From the IMG/VR virus record IMGVR_UViG_3300021093_005143: 64,000 nucleotides of DNA. One strand, given 5' to 3'. Below the pieces are notes generated by a model. The model ran no database searches. It was not told the origin of the DNA and saw only the letters and a program-made list of their open reading frames with translations. Both the position numbers and the translations under genes were made by a program. The stretch is from a virus. How positions within the stretch are numbered: the stretch's first letter is position 1; each line of letters starts with the position of its first letter. Positions 1-9,855 of the stretch are shown here, piece by piece.

Positions 1-163
1 CCAAATCATGGTCGAAGGAAATCTCATCAGGTAACCCATTTTCAGAAATCCATGTGACAAAATCTTCGTAGTTCCTGACGATTTCCCAACCCTCACTTTT
101 TGGGGTTCTTACGTCGTCTAAGTACAATTTGCGAAATTGGATTATTTTTTTGTTCTCTTTCAT
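1..163 (-). CDS. cyclic-phosphate-processing receiver-like domain protein (runs off window edge)
   Basis: Manual translation MKENKKIIQFRKLYLDDVRTPKSEGWEIVRNYEDFVTWISENGLPDEISFDHDL; LYLDDxR and ISFDHDL motifs. Confidence 0.7.
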   Translation of the reverse strand, partial: MKENKKIIQFRKLYLDDVRTPKSEGWEIVRNYEDFVTWISENGLPDEISFDHDL

Positions 164-344
164 AATCTTTTTGTCCAACCACTTGATAAGCTTCCAATAG
201 AGCCCACTGAGCAGTATCAATTAGTTTTCTAACTTTTTTTAATTTGTATGTTAATGGATGACTTAATAGATGGGAGTCAATCGTGCATGTTTGGACGTGG
301 AGTCTATCCATTAATTCTAAATAATGACCATCATTAATCTTCAT
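93..344 (-). CDS. hypothetical protein
   Basis: 83-aa ORF in a co-oriented, overlapping run. Confidence 0.55.
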   Translation of the reverse strand: MKINDGHYLELMDRLHVQTCTIDSHLLSHPLTYKLKKVRKLIDTAQWALLEAYQVVGQKDYEREQKNNPISQIVLRRRKNPKK

Positions 345-816
345 TTTCAGAAATTTTAGCGATTATAGAATCATCTTTTTCAATTATAATAGTGTGAATA
401 CTACCTGTTCCAAAATTCAATTCAGAATCTGTAATCTCAGAATCCCAGTAAAGGTCCATAGGACTGAAATCTGACTCTTCTTCTTCAGTTAAGGGTTCTT
501 CCCATTCGACATTAATTACGTCAACGTCGCCGTCCGTAGTGGTCTCTACAGACAAATCGGGGAAGTCCACATCTTGAAGTTCGCTTAACTCTTTGGATTC
601 TAAAAGTTCGATTAATTCCTGAACATTGAATTGTTCACAAACAAGACTCGCACCTCTCCAATATGTTTCGCTATCACAAGTAAATTTTTTACCATACTTT
701 GAGCCATTATGATAACAAATTTCGAAAAGAGATTTTCTGTAAAGGTCTATAATGACTTTCACAGAATCATCAAGATTCAACTTTTTGAGTTCTGAGATTA
801 CAGTCTCATTTTTCAT
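334..816 (-). CDS. acidic hypothetical protein
   Basis: 160-aa ORF, overlaps neighbours. Confidence 0.7.
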   Translation of the reverse strand: MKNETVISELKKLNLDDSVKVIIDLYRKSLFEICYHNGSKYGKKFTCDSETYWRGASLVCEQFNVQELIELLESKELSELQDVDFPDLSVETTTDGDVDVINVEWEEPLTEEEESDFSPMDLYWDSEITDSELNFGTGSIHTIIIEKDDSIIAKISENED

Positions 817-1496
817 GGGTAATCGATTTGTTTTGTTTCAGTATCAAATAAAAGAGAAATTGGTTTATTCTCATGAGTATATCTTTCACCTAACACAGAT
901 GCATTTAAAAATTCTACACCGTTGAAACTTTTTTGTCCGAAGGCACAATGGATGTGACCACAAACATGGATTTTCGGTTGAACTTCCATAATTCTTTGAA
1001 ACAAATCCTCACAACCAACTCTTTGACCATTTGGAACCCAATCCAGCATTCCATGTGCGGGACCGTGAGTGATTAAGATGTCGGTATTACCAGGAATCAT
1101 GGCCCATTTTTCCGCGAGTTTTTCTCCTCTTGGCAAGTTGAATGCCCAATTTAAAAACTCAGGTTGCCACGGGCTACCATAAAACTTCACACCTTCGATT
1201 TCAACACCACTATCGAAAAGATAATGAACACCTTTCTCTTTATATTCGGGTGCAATATCACTAATCAATTCAAATCCCCAATCATGGTTGCCAGCAATAA
1301 AAATCTTGTGGGTGTAATCAACATTAGAAAACCAATCCAAGAAATTTTTGATTTCACCTGTCTTACCCATCATACTGATATCACCCGCATGAACAAGTAC
1401 GTCACCACTACCTAAGATATTGTTGTATGCCTTAGAGGTTAAGTACTCATGTTTGTTATGAGTATCACTTATGAATGTTATTTTTATTGTTTTCAT
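813..1496 (-). CDS. calcineurin-like metallophosphoesterase
   Basis: SDTH, HAGD, GNHD, THGP and GHIH motifs. Confidence 0.9.
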   Translation of the reverse strand: MKTIKITFISDTHNKHEYLTSKAYNNILGSGDVLVHAGDISMMGKTGEIKNFLDWFSNVDYTHKIFIAGNHDWGFELISDIAPEYKEKGVHYLFDSGVEIEGVKFYGSPWQPEFLNWAFNLPRGEKLAEKWAMIPGNTDILITHGPAHGMLDWVPNGQRVGCEDLFQRIMEVQPKIHVCGHIHCAFGQKSFNGVEFLNASVLGERYTHENKPISLLFDTETKQIDYP

Positions 1497-1639
1497 CTTC
1501 GTCCCAATTTAGAAAATCCTCCCCTTTATAATCAGGGTAATTTCGATTCATATTATCAATTCCTCGAACCCAAAGGTAGGATATTATTGCAACAATCGTG
1601 TACATTAACAGATAAACTTTCCACATGTTTAATTATTTT

Positions 1640-2239
1640 TTAATCCCACCAATGTTTCATACCTGACCCATCAAACCATTTTTTCCAAAGGTCAGTTTTC
1701 ATTTTTTCTTCTTCAGTTGCATTTTCCATCAAATTCACATAATCTTGATGATTCTGTCCCTGTAGAATATCAAACAATTCACTCCATTCATCTTCCTCAA
1801 TTTTTGAAGATAAGTCAAAAACTTTTTTATTGTGTTCTTTATCTTCAGGGGTGTCCTCTTTATCTTCCCAAAATCCAACACCTCTTAACTCTCCAAGTTG
1901 TTCTTCCGCTCTATTAATATAGTTCGATTCGTTCAAAGAGTTTATAATTTCGATAACCCTCTTAATTTTTTCAACCTTTTTGTTTTTGGTTTCTTCAATT
2001 TCATTTCCGTGAAATTCAAGAGTGTGTGCTGTTTTTTCGAGGGATTTGGACAGCATCATTAAGTTAAAAGTATAATCCCAAGACCTGAATCTCCAAAGGA
2101 CCTTTCTGAAATACCAAACGTTTTCAAAAAACATAGGTATTTTATATCTGAAAACTTCATAGGTTTTATACCACCAAGTTTGATGTCTTGCCATCACTTT
2201 CAATGACTTCCAAAAACTATCTGCGAATTCTACTTTCAT
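1640..2239 (-). CDS. conserved phage hypothetical protein
   Basis: ORF; start moved to MKVEF, just after a TATATTTG box (2243-2250). Confidence 0.7.
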   Translation of the reverse strand: MKVEFADSFWKSLKVMARHQTWWYKTYEVFRYKIPMFFENVWYFRKVLWRFRSWDYTFNLMMLSKSLEKTAHTLEFHGNEIEETKNKKVEKIKRVIEIINSLNESNYINRAEEQLGELRGVGFWEDKEDTPEDKEHNKKVFDLSSKIEEDEWSELFDILQGQNHQDYVNLMENATEEEKMKTDLWKKWFDGSGMKHWWD

Positions 2240-2254
2240 ATTCAAATATACAAG

Positions 2255-2292
2255 AAAAATAAGACCCGACAAATAAATCTGACGGGTCTTTT
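2255..2292. terminator. intrinsic terminator hairpin
   Basis: AAGACCCG...CGGGTCTT inverted repeat with T runs on both sides. Confidence 0.7.
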
Positions 2293-2369
2293 GGAAAAGG
2301 GATATATGAGAACACTCTTAAGGAGTGATGTGATGATAAATATATCCAAAAATAAAAAAATATCAAAAA

Positions 2370-2792
2370 TTATATGTCTGGTAGACGATTTTTCACTTTA
2401 TCGAGCATGGAATTATTAAATTTTATACCATGTCTGAACTTGAAATTCTTAACCAAAAGTTTGAGTGACTCATTATAACCATATTGACTCAATAAAAGAT
2501 AAGCTCCAAGATCTGCTTCAAACTCCTCATTATTATTGCGAGGACCGTTGTGACCAAGCAAAATGTGAGCGACTTCATGAGCCTCTATGAATTTGAAAAG
2601 TTCAGATTTTGCTCCAAGATCAATAAGTTTTTCTCCATCGATAACGATAACATCTTTATCAGGAACCAAAAATCCATACCCAAACTCTTGAAATTTTGGA
2701 ACTAAATTTTCATAAAAAGGGCTATCATCTGTCACAATCATTATGATTGTTTCAGGTAAAAATTCACTTTGATATGTTTGTATTCCATCCAT
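2370..2792 (-). CDS. HExxH zinc metallopeptidase-like protein (ImmA/IrrE-like)
   Basis: AHEVAHILLGH...EFEAD. Confidence 0.65.
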   Translation of the reverse strand: MDGIQTYQSEFLPETIIMIVTDDSPFYENLVPKFQEFGYGFLVPDKDVIVIDGEKLIDLGAKSELFKFIEAHEVAHILLGHNGPRNNNEEFEADLGAYLLLSQYGYNESLKLLVKNFKFRHGIKFNNSMLDKVKNRLPDI

Positions 2793-3009
2793 GTTTCAAA
2801 ATTTCAGTGCTTTTATGAGCTTTGTATTTTGATTTTAAGGATCCTATCATGTATTCATAAACTCGATCCTTGAGTAAAAAAGACCACTTTTTGTACCATA
2901 ACATGAAACAATTTTCTGCAATATTTAAATGAATATCGTTTTTACAAGATTTCAATATTTGTAAAACCCAATCAAAATCTTTTTTTATATCAAGATCGTA
3001 TTTCTTCAT
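2764..3009 (-). CDS. hypothetical protein
   Basis: 81-aa ORF with TACATTTG box upstream. Confidence 0.6.
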   Translation of the reverse strand: MKKYDLDIKKDFDWVLQILKSCKNDIHLNIAENCFMLWYKKWSFLLKDRVYEYMIGSLKSKYKAHKSTEILKHGWNTNISK

Positions 3010-3034
3010 TAGTTAGTTTTACAAATGTAATCAA

Positions 3035-3868
3035 TTATGACAACAAATGATAATATTCTTTGAAATGTTTTAATCTATCAGGTAAACCAATTGTTCCACC
3101 GTTAACACACTTTGTGACTGACGATATAGTTACATCAGAAGCGTCAACACATTTTTTAAGACAATTCTTACTGAAAAACCATGCAGCAGATAAAAGTGGA
3201 TACTTTGTCGAAACCAAATCAGGATTAGATAAGATATCTTCGTTGATTGCCAAACCGAACGCAGTGTAGTTATCTTTCCCTGTCAGTTGAATATACCCTC
3301 TACCTCTGAATTTATACCCCTCACCAGTAGACTCGTTGCCGTTGCCCATACGACCACCATAAACCTTATTAGCAATCTTTTGTGGATCTCTTGCGTAAGA
3401 TTCAGATAAATTTCCCGGAAAATACTTCGGGAAAATTTTTTTCAAACCTTGTGCAGAGTAGTTCAAATTCTCTTGAGTTAATTTAAATCCTCCAGACTCA
3501 TGACCACATTGCGCCAGAAAATGAGATAATTTTAGGTTAGTGTCAATACCAAATTTTACTGCCGTTTCAGGTATTTGCAAAATGACAAAGTCAGGTATAT
3601 GACCCTTCAATTTTTCAAGTTTCAGAGATCCACTATTTGTTATTTGTTGTGAAGGAACGGAGGCGGGTTCAGTAATCATATGAGCCTGACCCATAATTTT
3701 TCCCCAAGTTTGAATCCCAACAATACCGTCGGATAATAAACCATTCTTAGATTGGAATGATTTCACAGCGGCCTCAGTGGTTTTTCCGAATATTCCATCT
3801 GAACTTAGTCCTAATTTTGATTGGAGCTTTTTTACATCCCCCCCTTCGGATCCTACTTTTAGTAACAT
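3035..3868 (-). CDS. GH19 endolysin with N-terminal peptidoglycan-binding domain
   Basis: DGIFGKTT/DGIVG PG-binding repeats; HFLAQCGHESGGF, FRGRGYIQLTG and VNGG GH19 motifs. Confidence 0.9.
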   Translation of the reverse strand: MLLKVGSEGGDVKKLQSKLGLSSDGIFGKTTEAAVKSFQSKNGLLSDGIVGIQTWGKIMGQAHMITEPASVPSQQITNSGSLKLEKLKGHIPDFVILQIPETAVKFGIDTNLKLSHFLAQCGHESGGFKLTQENLNYSAQGLKKIFPKYFPGNLSESYARDPQKIANKVYGGRMGNGNESTGEGYKFRGRGYIQLTGKDNYTAFGLAINEDILSNPDLVSTKYPLLSAAWFFSKNCLKKCVDASDVTISSVTKCVNGGTIGLPDRLKHFKEYYHLLS

Positions 3869-3906
3869 GGTGATTTCTTTTTTAATAAATATTTTTATAT
3901 TTTCTT

Positions 3907-4119
3907 ATGGCAAAAAAAATTCTCTCCTTGGTTTTATTACTATTTAAATTCTTCTTACTATACAAAGGATTAGAATGGATTTATTACAGAATCAACTTTC
4001 CAAATCTTCACCCTATAACCGAAATAGATTGGATACTAGTAATGATAATTATAGACACTTGGCTAGTCTCTCAAACAAAAATTGAGATCACAGGAATTTT
4101 ACAAAAAAGAGACGATTAG
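3907..4119 (+). CDS. small two-TM membrane protein (holin candidate)
   Basis: Two hydrophobic segments, divergent from the endolysin. Confidence 0.45.
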   Translation: MAKKILSLVLLLFKFFLLYKGLEWIYYRINFPNLHPITEIDWILVMIIIDTWLVSQTKIEITGILQKRDD

Positions 4120-5219
4120 TTGTTTGGTCTAAGGACAGACAATACTTCGGGGTATGATTGATTTACAACATCCTCATTTTTTCCTTTGTATGGGATATTT
4201 TGAAGAATGTATCTTATAGCATTCAAACCAGAAACCCTTTTGTCCTCAGCATCAATTATGACCCATGGATGGTTCATAGTAGAAGTTTTATCGAATAACT
4301 TTTCTTTGAATTCTGTAAATCTATCCCAAAGATCCTGCATTTTTTCGTCATTTGGAGAATATTTCCAATATTTCAAAGGGGATTGTTGTCTTATATCAAA
4401 TCTTCTTTTCTGAGTTTCTTTTTCTATTGAGAACCATAGTTTGAATAGATAGTCTCCCGACTTTACCAAGTCATTTTCAAAGTCCGCAACGTTTTCCATG
4501 AAATCCTCATATTCATCAGGACTCCCATATCCCATGACGGGCTCAATTAAGCCTCTATTATACCAACTTCTGTCAAAAAGATTAATCATACCTGGCTTGA
4601 TCTGGCTTTTATACCTATTCCACCAATTTTTTCTGTCCTCAGGTGATGGAATCCCCAATGCAACCACGTTGTAATATCTCGGGTTCAGATTTTCAATAAA
4701 TTTTTTTATTGTGCTACCTTTTCCTGCAGAGTCTCTTCCCTCAAAAACTATAATCACAGTTTTTTTTGTTTCAGATAACCATTCTTGCATTTTCAGAAGC
4801 TCAACTTGTAATTCGTATAATTCTTTTTTATAAATCTTTTTTGGAATAATTGAAGGTTCCTCAATTTCGAAATCATAATCTTCTGACTCGGGCTCAGTAC
4901 CATATCCCACTCTTTCTCTGTATTTCAACGAGTTCAAAACTTTACCTAAGTAATCCTCCACGTTTTTAACTCGATCCCCCTTTTTTAGAAGACGTTTGCG
5001 TAGACCTCTTTCAAGTAATCCAAAATCAACAACTCGATTTTTTGCAAATTGAGAGATGTCCATTAACATCTTTTCGATACGTGATGTGAAAAGTTTTAAA
5101 AACTTCAGTGTTAGGATCATACGATCCAAGTTTATGTTCATAGAGGGGATATCTTTTTCTTCATTAATGATACCCATTACCTTTTTGATTTTATCTAGTT
5201 CCTCAATTAATATTCCCAT
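4116..5219 (-). CDS. ppk2: polyphosphate kinase 2 with about 125-aa N-terminal extension
   Basis: FEGRDSAGKG Walker A, LFDRSWYNR Walker B, KYWKYSPND lid. Confidence 0.92.
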   Translation of the reverse strand: MGILIEELDKIKKVMGIINEEKDIPSMNINLDRMILTLKFLKLFTSRIEKMLMDISQFAKNRVVDFGLLERGLRKRLLKKGDRVKNVEDYLGKVLNSLKYRERVGYGTEPESEDYDFEIEEPSIIPKKIYKKELYELQVELLKMQEWLSETKKTVIIVFEGRDSAGKGSTIKKFIENLNPRYYNVVALGIPSPEDRKNWWNRYKSQIKPGMINLFDRSWYNRGLIEPVMGYGSPDEYEDFMENVADFENDLVKSGDYLFKLWFSIEKETQKRRFDIRQQSPLKYWKYSPNDEKMQDLWDRFTEFKEKLFDKTSTMNHPWVIIDAEDKRVSGLNAIRYILQNIPYKGKNEDVVNQSYPEVLSVLRPNN

Positions 5220-5309
5220 GACGCAAATAAATAGTCCTCAATAAATATTTATAGAACACCACGATTCTATCAGTAAGAAAAATATAATCACGGACGTGAT
5301 AAAAAAACT

Positions 5310-6191
5310 ATGAAAAAAATTTTGTTATTTCTTACATTGATTCCCACTCTATCAATTGGTCAAGTCTCGAATTGGAGAAAAGAATCAAATAATTCTTCCT
5401 CGCAGAATACTATTTCCCCACCTTCGAACAATACAAGAAGAACAACAGATGAAACCCCCAAAATTAGTAGTTGGAGAAAAGACCCACCAAAAAGCGAAAC
5501 ACCGAATTATTATAACCCACCAAGAAGACCTTTAAGCACTTTCTATTCTCCAAACTATTTCGGCCCTAATAGATGGTACGGTTGGGGAGCACCAACATTT
5601 TTTGATTATTGGACCCCATCATTTTATTATAATAATTGGGGGTACAGAGAACCTGCAAGGATTTATTATAGAGAAGGTAGACGGGATACTGTCAGAGGTA
5701 GAAAAGTACATTTCTCTTTCGGATTTCAAACAACCGCATTTAAAGATCAAGCTGGCGGTTGGTTTACAATCGGGGATAGAGTCTACTTTATTGGTGAGTT
5801 CAACGCGCCAATCAACATAGAAGATCAATATTTTGCGTCAAATAAGACAATTTGGAATTACTATAATGATGTCATGATCGTTAATGGATCTCCATTCACA
5901 ATCAATCAACTATTTCCACTACAAAAAGATTTGGAAATTAACAATTCATATTATGTTGGATTGGGAAGAAAAATTAAGAGAACAGGCTTTCATTTTTTAA
6001 TCGGTTTAGATAATACAAAACAAAGATATAGGTACAAAGATGATGTAGGTTACATAACTTTTCCGAAATCTAACAAGAAAATGTTTACCATAAAGGCGGG
6101 GGCACTGATGGACGTTGGAATATTCACAATAAAATTAGACGCTGATCCTTTGACTAAACGAGTGACTGCGGGCGCTGGTTTGAATTTTTAA
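5310..6191 (+). CDS. secreted or outer-membrane beta-barrel-like protein
   Basis: Signal peptide, Pro/Tyr/Trp-rich linker, amphipathic strands, C-terminal GAGLNF. Confidence 0.6.
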   Translation: MKKILLFLTLIPTLSIGQVSNWRKESNNSSSQNTISPPSNNTRRTTDETPKISSWRKDPPKSETPNYYNPPRRPLSTFYSPNYFGPNRWYGWGAPTFFDYWTPSFYYNNWGYREPARIYYREGRRDTVRGRKVHFSFGFQTTAFKDQAGGWFTIGDRVYFIGEFNAPINIEDQYFASNKTIWNYYNDVMIVNGSPFTINQLFPLQKDLEINNSYYVGLGRKIKRTGFHFLIGLDNTKQRYRYKDDVGYITFPKSNKKMFTIKAGALMDVGIFTIKLDADPLTKRVTAGAGLNF

Positions 6192-6213
6192 GTATTTATG
6201 AAAAAAAAACACC

Positions 6214-6837
6214 ATGGATTTAAAATCTATCATTAAAGAAACCTTAGAAAAACATGTTGAAAAAACATTGATTTTGACAGAATCTATTGAAATTTCAGAA
6301 AATTTAAAATATCACATAGATAACGAGTTGTCACTAACCAATAATATTTTTAGAGTATACTCTGAAAAATATTTCGAGTTGGTCAGTGAAGTGAGACAAT
6401 TATGGAAAGAGGGTAAAATTAAATTAAATGAGGAGGATACTTTGATGGTAGAATCTGATTTGGGACAAAAAATTAAGGTGGGAAAAGAATATATTTACTT
6501 GGACGCACCTTATATCTCTGATACATGGACAGAACAAGACCTTATCGAAGAGGCAGAACACAGAGGAAAGAAAGTAAATTTGGGTAAACCTTTTAGAACA
6601 CCAGGGGGACCCAAAAAATTCGCAGTATATGTAAAAAAACCTGGTGGCGGAGTAAAAAAAGTAACTTTCGGTGACCCAAATCTCAAAATTAGAAATAGAA
6701 ATAAAGGGGCAGCCAAATCTTTCAGAGCCAGACACAGATGTGACCAAAAGAAAGATAGAACAACTGCGGGATATTGGTCTTGTAATGTCGGTAGATATGC
6801 CAAACAGTTGGGATTATCATCTTCAAACTCTTGGTAA
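6214..6837 (+). CDS. conserved phage protein (DUF6321-like basic C-terminus)
   Basis: KKFAVYVK...VTFGDP...SFRARHRC...AGYWSC. Confidence 0.7.
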   Translation: MDLKSIIKETLEKHVEKTLILTESIEISENLKYHIDNELSLTNNIFRVYSEKYFELVSEVRQLWKEGKIKLNEEDTLMVESDLGQKIKVGKEYIYLDAPYISDTWTEQDLIEEAEHRGKKVNLGKPFRTPGGPKKFAVYVKKPGGGVKKVTFGDPNLKIRNRNKGAAKSFRARHRCDQKKDRTTAGYWSCNVGRYAKQLGLSSSNSW

Positions 6838-7118
6838 TGAACACCGAAAGAATCCACCATTATTTACAAGGTTATCTTGATAATATTGTGCTCCCGAGTT
6901 ACAATGAAAATAGAAGTGAACCGATATCTCTGAACATTAATGATTTAAGACTCGGAAGTTACCAACCTCCAATATTCCATGTTTTCATTGATGTTACTCC
7001 AAAGAACACGCCCAAAATGTCTTTGTCGGGTATAGAAAAAAGAATAGTTGATTTTTTGAAAATATTTTCATTAAACTCTAAGGTAAAAATTCATTGGGAC
7101 AAAAGACCATTATTTTAA
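6831..7118 (+). CDS. hypothetical protein
   Basis: ORF coupled to neighbours. Confidence 0.6.
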   Translation: MVMNTERIHHYLQGYLDNIVLPSYNENRSEPISLNINDLRLGSYQPPIFHVFIDVTPKNTPKMSLSGIEKRIVDFLKIFSLNSKVKIHWDKRPLF

Positions 7119-7119
7119 T

Positions 7120-7383
7120 ATGGAATATCCATTTCAACAGGAAATAATTGGTAATAAACTTAGAAGAGTTTTCACTCCTGACGTTGAGTCTGAGGAGTTG
7201 AAGTGGCATCAAGATCTGAATGATCGTAAAGTTACAATCATACAAGATGGTGGGTGGCAATTTCAAATCGAAGATTCATTGCCAACCAAATTAGAATCTG
7301 CGAAACAATTTTTAATTCCAAAACTTGTTTGGCATCGAGTAATAAAAGGGCCGGGAAAATTGATTGTAGAGATAGAAGAATAA
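7120..7383 (+). CDS. small cupin-fold phage protein
   Basis: ELKWHQD...IPKLVWHRVIKG. Confidence 0.7.
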   Translation: MEYPFQQEIIGNKLRRVFTPDVESEELKWHQDLNDRKVTIIQDGGWQFQIEDSLPTKLESAKQFLIPKLVWHRVIKGPGKLIVEIEE

Positions 7384-7398
7384 AAATATGGAATCAAG

Positions 7399-7971
7399 CT
7401 AATCAAACCAAAAGATCAAAGCTTTTCTGATTCCATTTGTTGTTGGTAATACACCATGTATGTGATCATAATCACAATGAAACCCTAATAGTTTTTTTGC
7501 TTCGGTTTTAACATACAAATTCAAAATTGGAAAATGTGTTCCACCTCCTTCCACCTCATTCAAGTATGTAACAGTCGTAAATATTCTTGTTGGGACGTAA
7601 TTTGGAATCCATTTCGATTTTGGATAGACGAATCCATTACCTTGAGAGTCTGGAGTTCCCATATTTCTGTCTTCAAGATCCTCAGGATAGCTGTTATCAG
7701 CGTGATAGGGAAATCCATCAGTTTGAAATGCAAATCCTACATAGTTTATTACCCAATCACGTTCCTTTACTTTGGAGTTAAGTAAATTAATTTGTCTATA
7801 AATTATATTTTGAAAAAAACCTGTGCTGTAAATTAAGTCTTCAGTCCTGATTGTGGTCCATTCATAAAATGGGTGTTCAGGAATCAAGAAATCTTTGAGT
7901 TTATAATCCATGATTTCCAACAGGGTGTTGTTCTCGTAATCTGTTAGAAAATTTTGTTCTTGGATAATCAT
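7399..7971 (-). CDS. 2OG-Fe(II) oxygenase (prolyl-4-hydroxylase-like)
   Basis: HAD...YLNEVEGGGTHF...HGV...R. Confidence 0.85.
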   Translation of the reverse strand: MIIQEQNFLTDYENNTLLEIMDYKLKDFLIPEHPFYEWTTIRTEDLIYSTGFFQNIIYRQINLLNSKVKERDWVINYVGFAFQTDGFPYHADNSYPEDLEDRNMGTPDSQGNGFVYPKSKWIPNYVPTRIFTTVTYLNEVEGGGTHFPILNLYVKTEAKKLLGFHCDYDHIHGVLPTTNGIRKALIFWFD

Positions 7972-7981
7972 TAAAAAAAAG

Positions 7982-8071
7982 TGGCGGAGGCTCAGGGATT
8001 CGAACCCCAGTTACCCTTACGAGTAATTCAGTTTTCAAGACTGACGCATTCGACCGCTCTGCCAAACCTCC
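7982..8071 (-). tRNA. tRNA-Ser(TGA)
   Basis: Cloverleaf, long variable arm, loop CT-TGA-AA, GTTCGAATC, encoded CCA. Confidence 0.95.
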
Positions 8072-8108
8072 ATTTTGTGTTTCAAAATAAAAATATTATA
8101 TTTATTTT

Positions 8109-8549
8109 ATGAAAACAATACTCCTATCAATTTTTTTACTTTTTTGTTCGTCCACATTTGGACAAACCTCTGATATTTTGTATGTACCAGATCAAAAATC
8201 TTTGGTATTAACTTATAATAATAATCACAACTTTTTGGGGTTTTACATGGGAGGTTACTTCAGAACTTCTTTTCCTCAACCGTACATTTACACAACACCA
8301 CTTTCTTTAATTAATAGAGCAGGTGTTAATATAGTGGTTTTTAATAACTCAATAAGTATTATGGGTGGCGGATATCTCGAATCTTATTTCGATAGTTTAT
8401 CAATCCAACCTGACATTTGGATAAGATTCAATCCTCTGAGAACACTATTAAAAACACCTAAAGGGTTTGATTTTTCTATTGGTGTGAACTATATGAAGGG
8501 TGTTCGATATGGTGTCGGTTTATCAATACCATTCCGCGGTATTTATTAA
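8109..8549 (+). CDS. secreted beta-rich protein
   Basis: Signal peptide MKTILLSIFLLFCSSTFG-Q. Confidence 0.65.
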   Translation: MKTILLSIFLLFCSSTFGQTSDILYVPDQKSLVLTYNNNHNFLGFYMGGYFRTSFPQPYIYTTPLSLINRAGVNIVVFNNSISIMGGGYLESYFDSLSIQPDIWIRFNPLRTLLKTPKGFDFSIGVNYMKGVRYGVGLSIPFRGIY

Positions 8550-8551
8550 TA

Positions 8552-9127
8552 ATGAAAAAATTTATTGTTGAGGGTAAATTTGACTTTATAACTCGTACAA
8601 TTGTAAGGGATTTAATCACGCATTTCAAAAATCATAGAAATGGTCAGTTTTATTTACCACATGATATCACTCAAGACGAAGTGTATGATTTTTCGAACCT
8701 TGATACTAAATTTAACGTTATTTTGGATTTGGAAGAAGACAAAAATATTGAAGAATTTGACGTTGATGCTGAGTATTGGGACGATGATCAGACAATGTAT
8801 GTAAAGATAAAATCAAATCCAAATCATAGACACTCTATACTGCAAGACTTACTAAAGGAGTTGAACCAAACTATCAGACATGAACTGGAACACATTAACC
8901 AATATGAGCAGTATTATGTTTTTCCTAAAGAACCAAAGGACCACGAGAAATACTATAGTCAACCCCACGAGCTTGATGCACAACGAGCCGGATTCAAAAG
9001 GAGGTCGAAAAAAGAAAAAGTACCTATGGAAGTTTTGGTAAGAAATTGGTTTGAAAAAAATAAGAATAAATATAAGATGAAACCCGATCAGGTTGAAAGA
9101 GTTATTGCAAAAATATTAGAGAGATGA
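8552..9127 (+). CDS. HExxH metallopeptidase-like protein
   Basis: IRHELEH...YYSQPHELDA. Confidence 0.7.
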   Translation: MKKFIVEGKFDFITRTIVRDLITHFKNHRNGQFYLPHDITQDEVYDFSNLDTKFNVILDLEEDKNIEEFDVDAEYWDDDQTMYVKIKSNPNHRHSILQDLLKELNQTIRHELEHINQYEQYYVFPKEPKDHEKYYSQPHELDAQRAGFKRRSKKEKVPMEVLVRNWFEKNKNKYKMKPDQVERVIAKILER

Positions 9128-9855
9128 TCGACGAGAAAAAGATATTCCGTAAATTTTTCGAGGGACAAATTATACCCGAACATGGGTATAACTATAGGTT
9201 TGATAATATAGAAAAGGGACCAAAAGATAATTTGAGATATAGTGTTTGCTGGCTACCAGATTACTTCCCTCACTCATACTTTATTGAAAAAATTAAAACA
9301 GATGTCTACGAAATAGTCTCGGATCGCTTAAAATATCTGTCGGAGCTTTCTGAAAATGATGAGGTGAAGATCTACACCGATAAGGGCGATTTAGTAAAAA
9401 GACTTTACATAAAAAAATCTTTGTTGAATAAAATCAACTCTGAGGTAAAATCCTTTAATTATATCGAAATCCAAAAGGGTAATACCAATTTGAATTTGGG
9501 ATTAGAGTTTAACATTAGAAAAAACAAACCCTATTCTCAAGATACAGTGGAAACAATAGATCTCAATTTTGATCTCGAAATTATTTCAGCCCAAGACATA
9601 AACGGTAAGCATTTAAAGTTAAATCCTGATCTAAATTTAGATGTTGTACGCGATTTTTTACAGGACTTTTTATATGATAATGGTTACCAAAGTCAACTTG
9701 ATGAAATAATAATACCAATTTTGGAACCTGAAATGAAAATTGGAAACTACGAGATTTACTATAATTGTTGGTTTGTTGTCAGAAGTATTTTGGGTGTAAC
9801 TAAACAGGGTGGGAAGCAAAGAAAAATTGGAGAATTAAATAAAATATTTATCTAA
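9124..9855 (+). CDS. hypothetical protein
   Basis: 243-aa ORF, ATGA overlap. Confidence 0.7.
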   Translation: MIDEKKIFRKFFEGQIIPEHGYNYRFDNIEKGPKDNLRYSVCWLPDYFPHSYFIEKIKTDVYEIVSDRLKYLSELSENDEVKIYTDKGDLVKRLYIKKSLLNKINSEVKSFNYIEIQKGNTNLNLGLEFNIRKNKPYSQDTVETIDLNFDLEIISAQDINGKHLKLNPDLNLDVVRDFLQDFLYDNGYQSQLDEIIIPILEPEMKIGNYEIYYNCWFVVRSILGVTKQGGKQRKIGELNKIFI

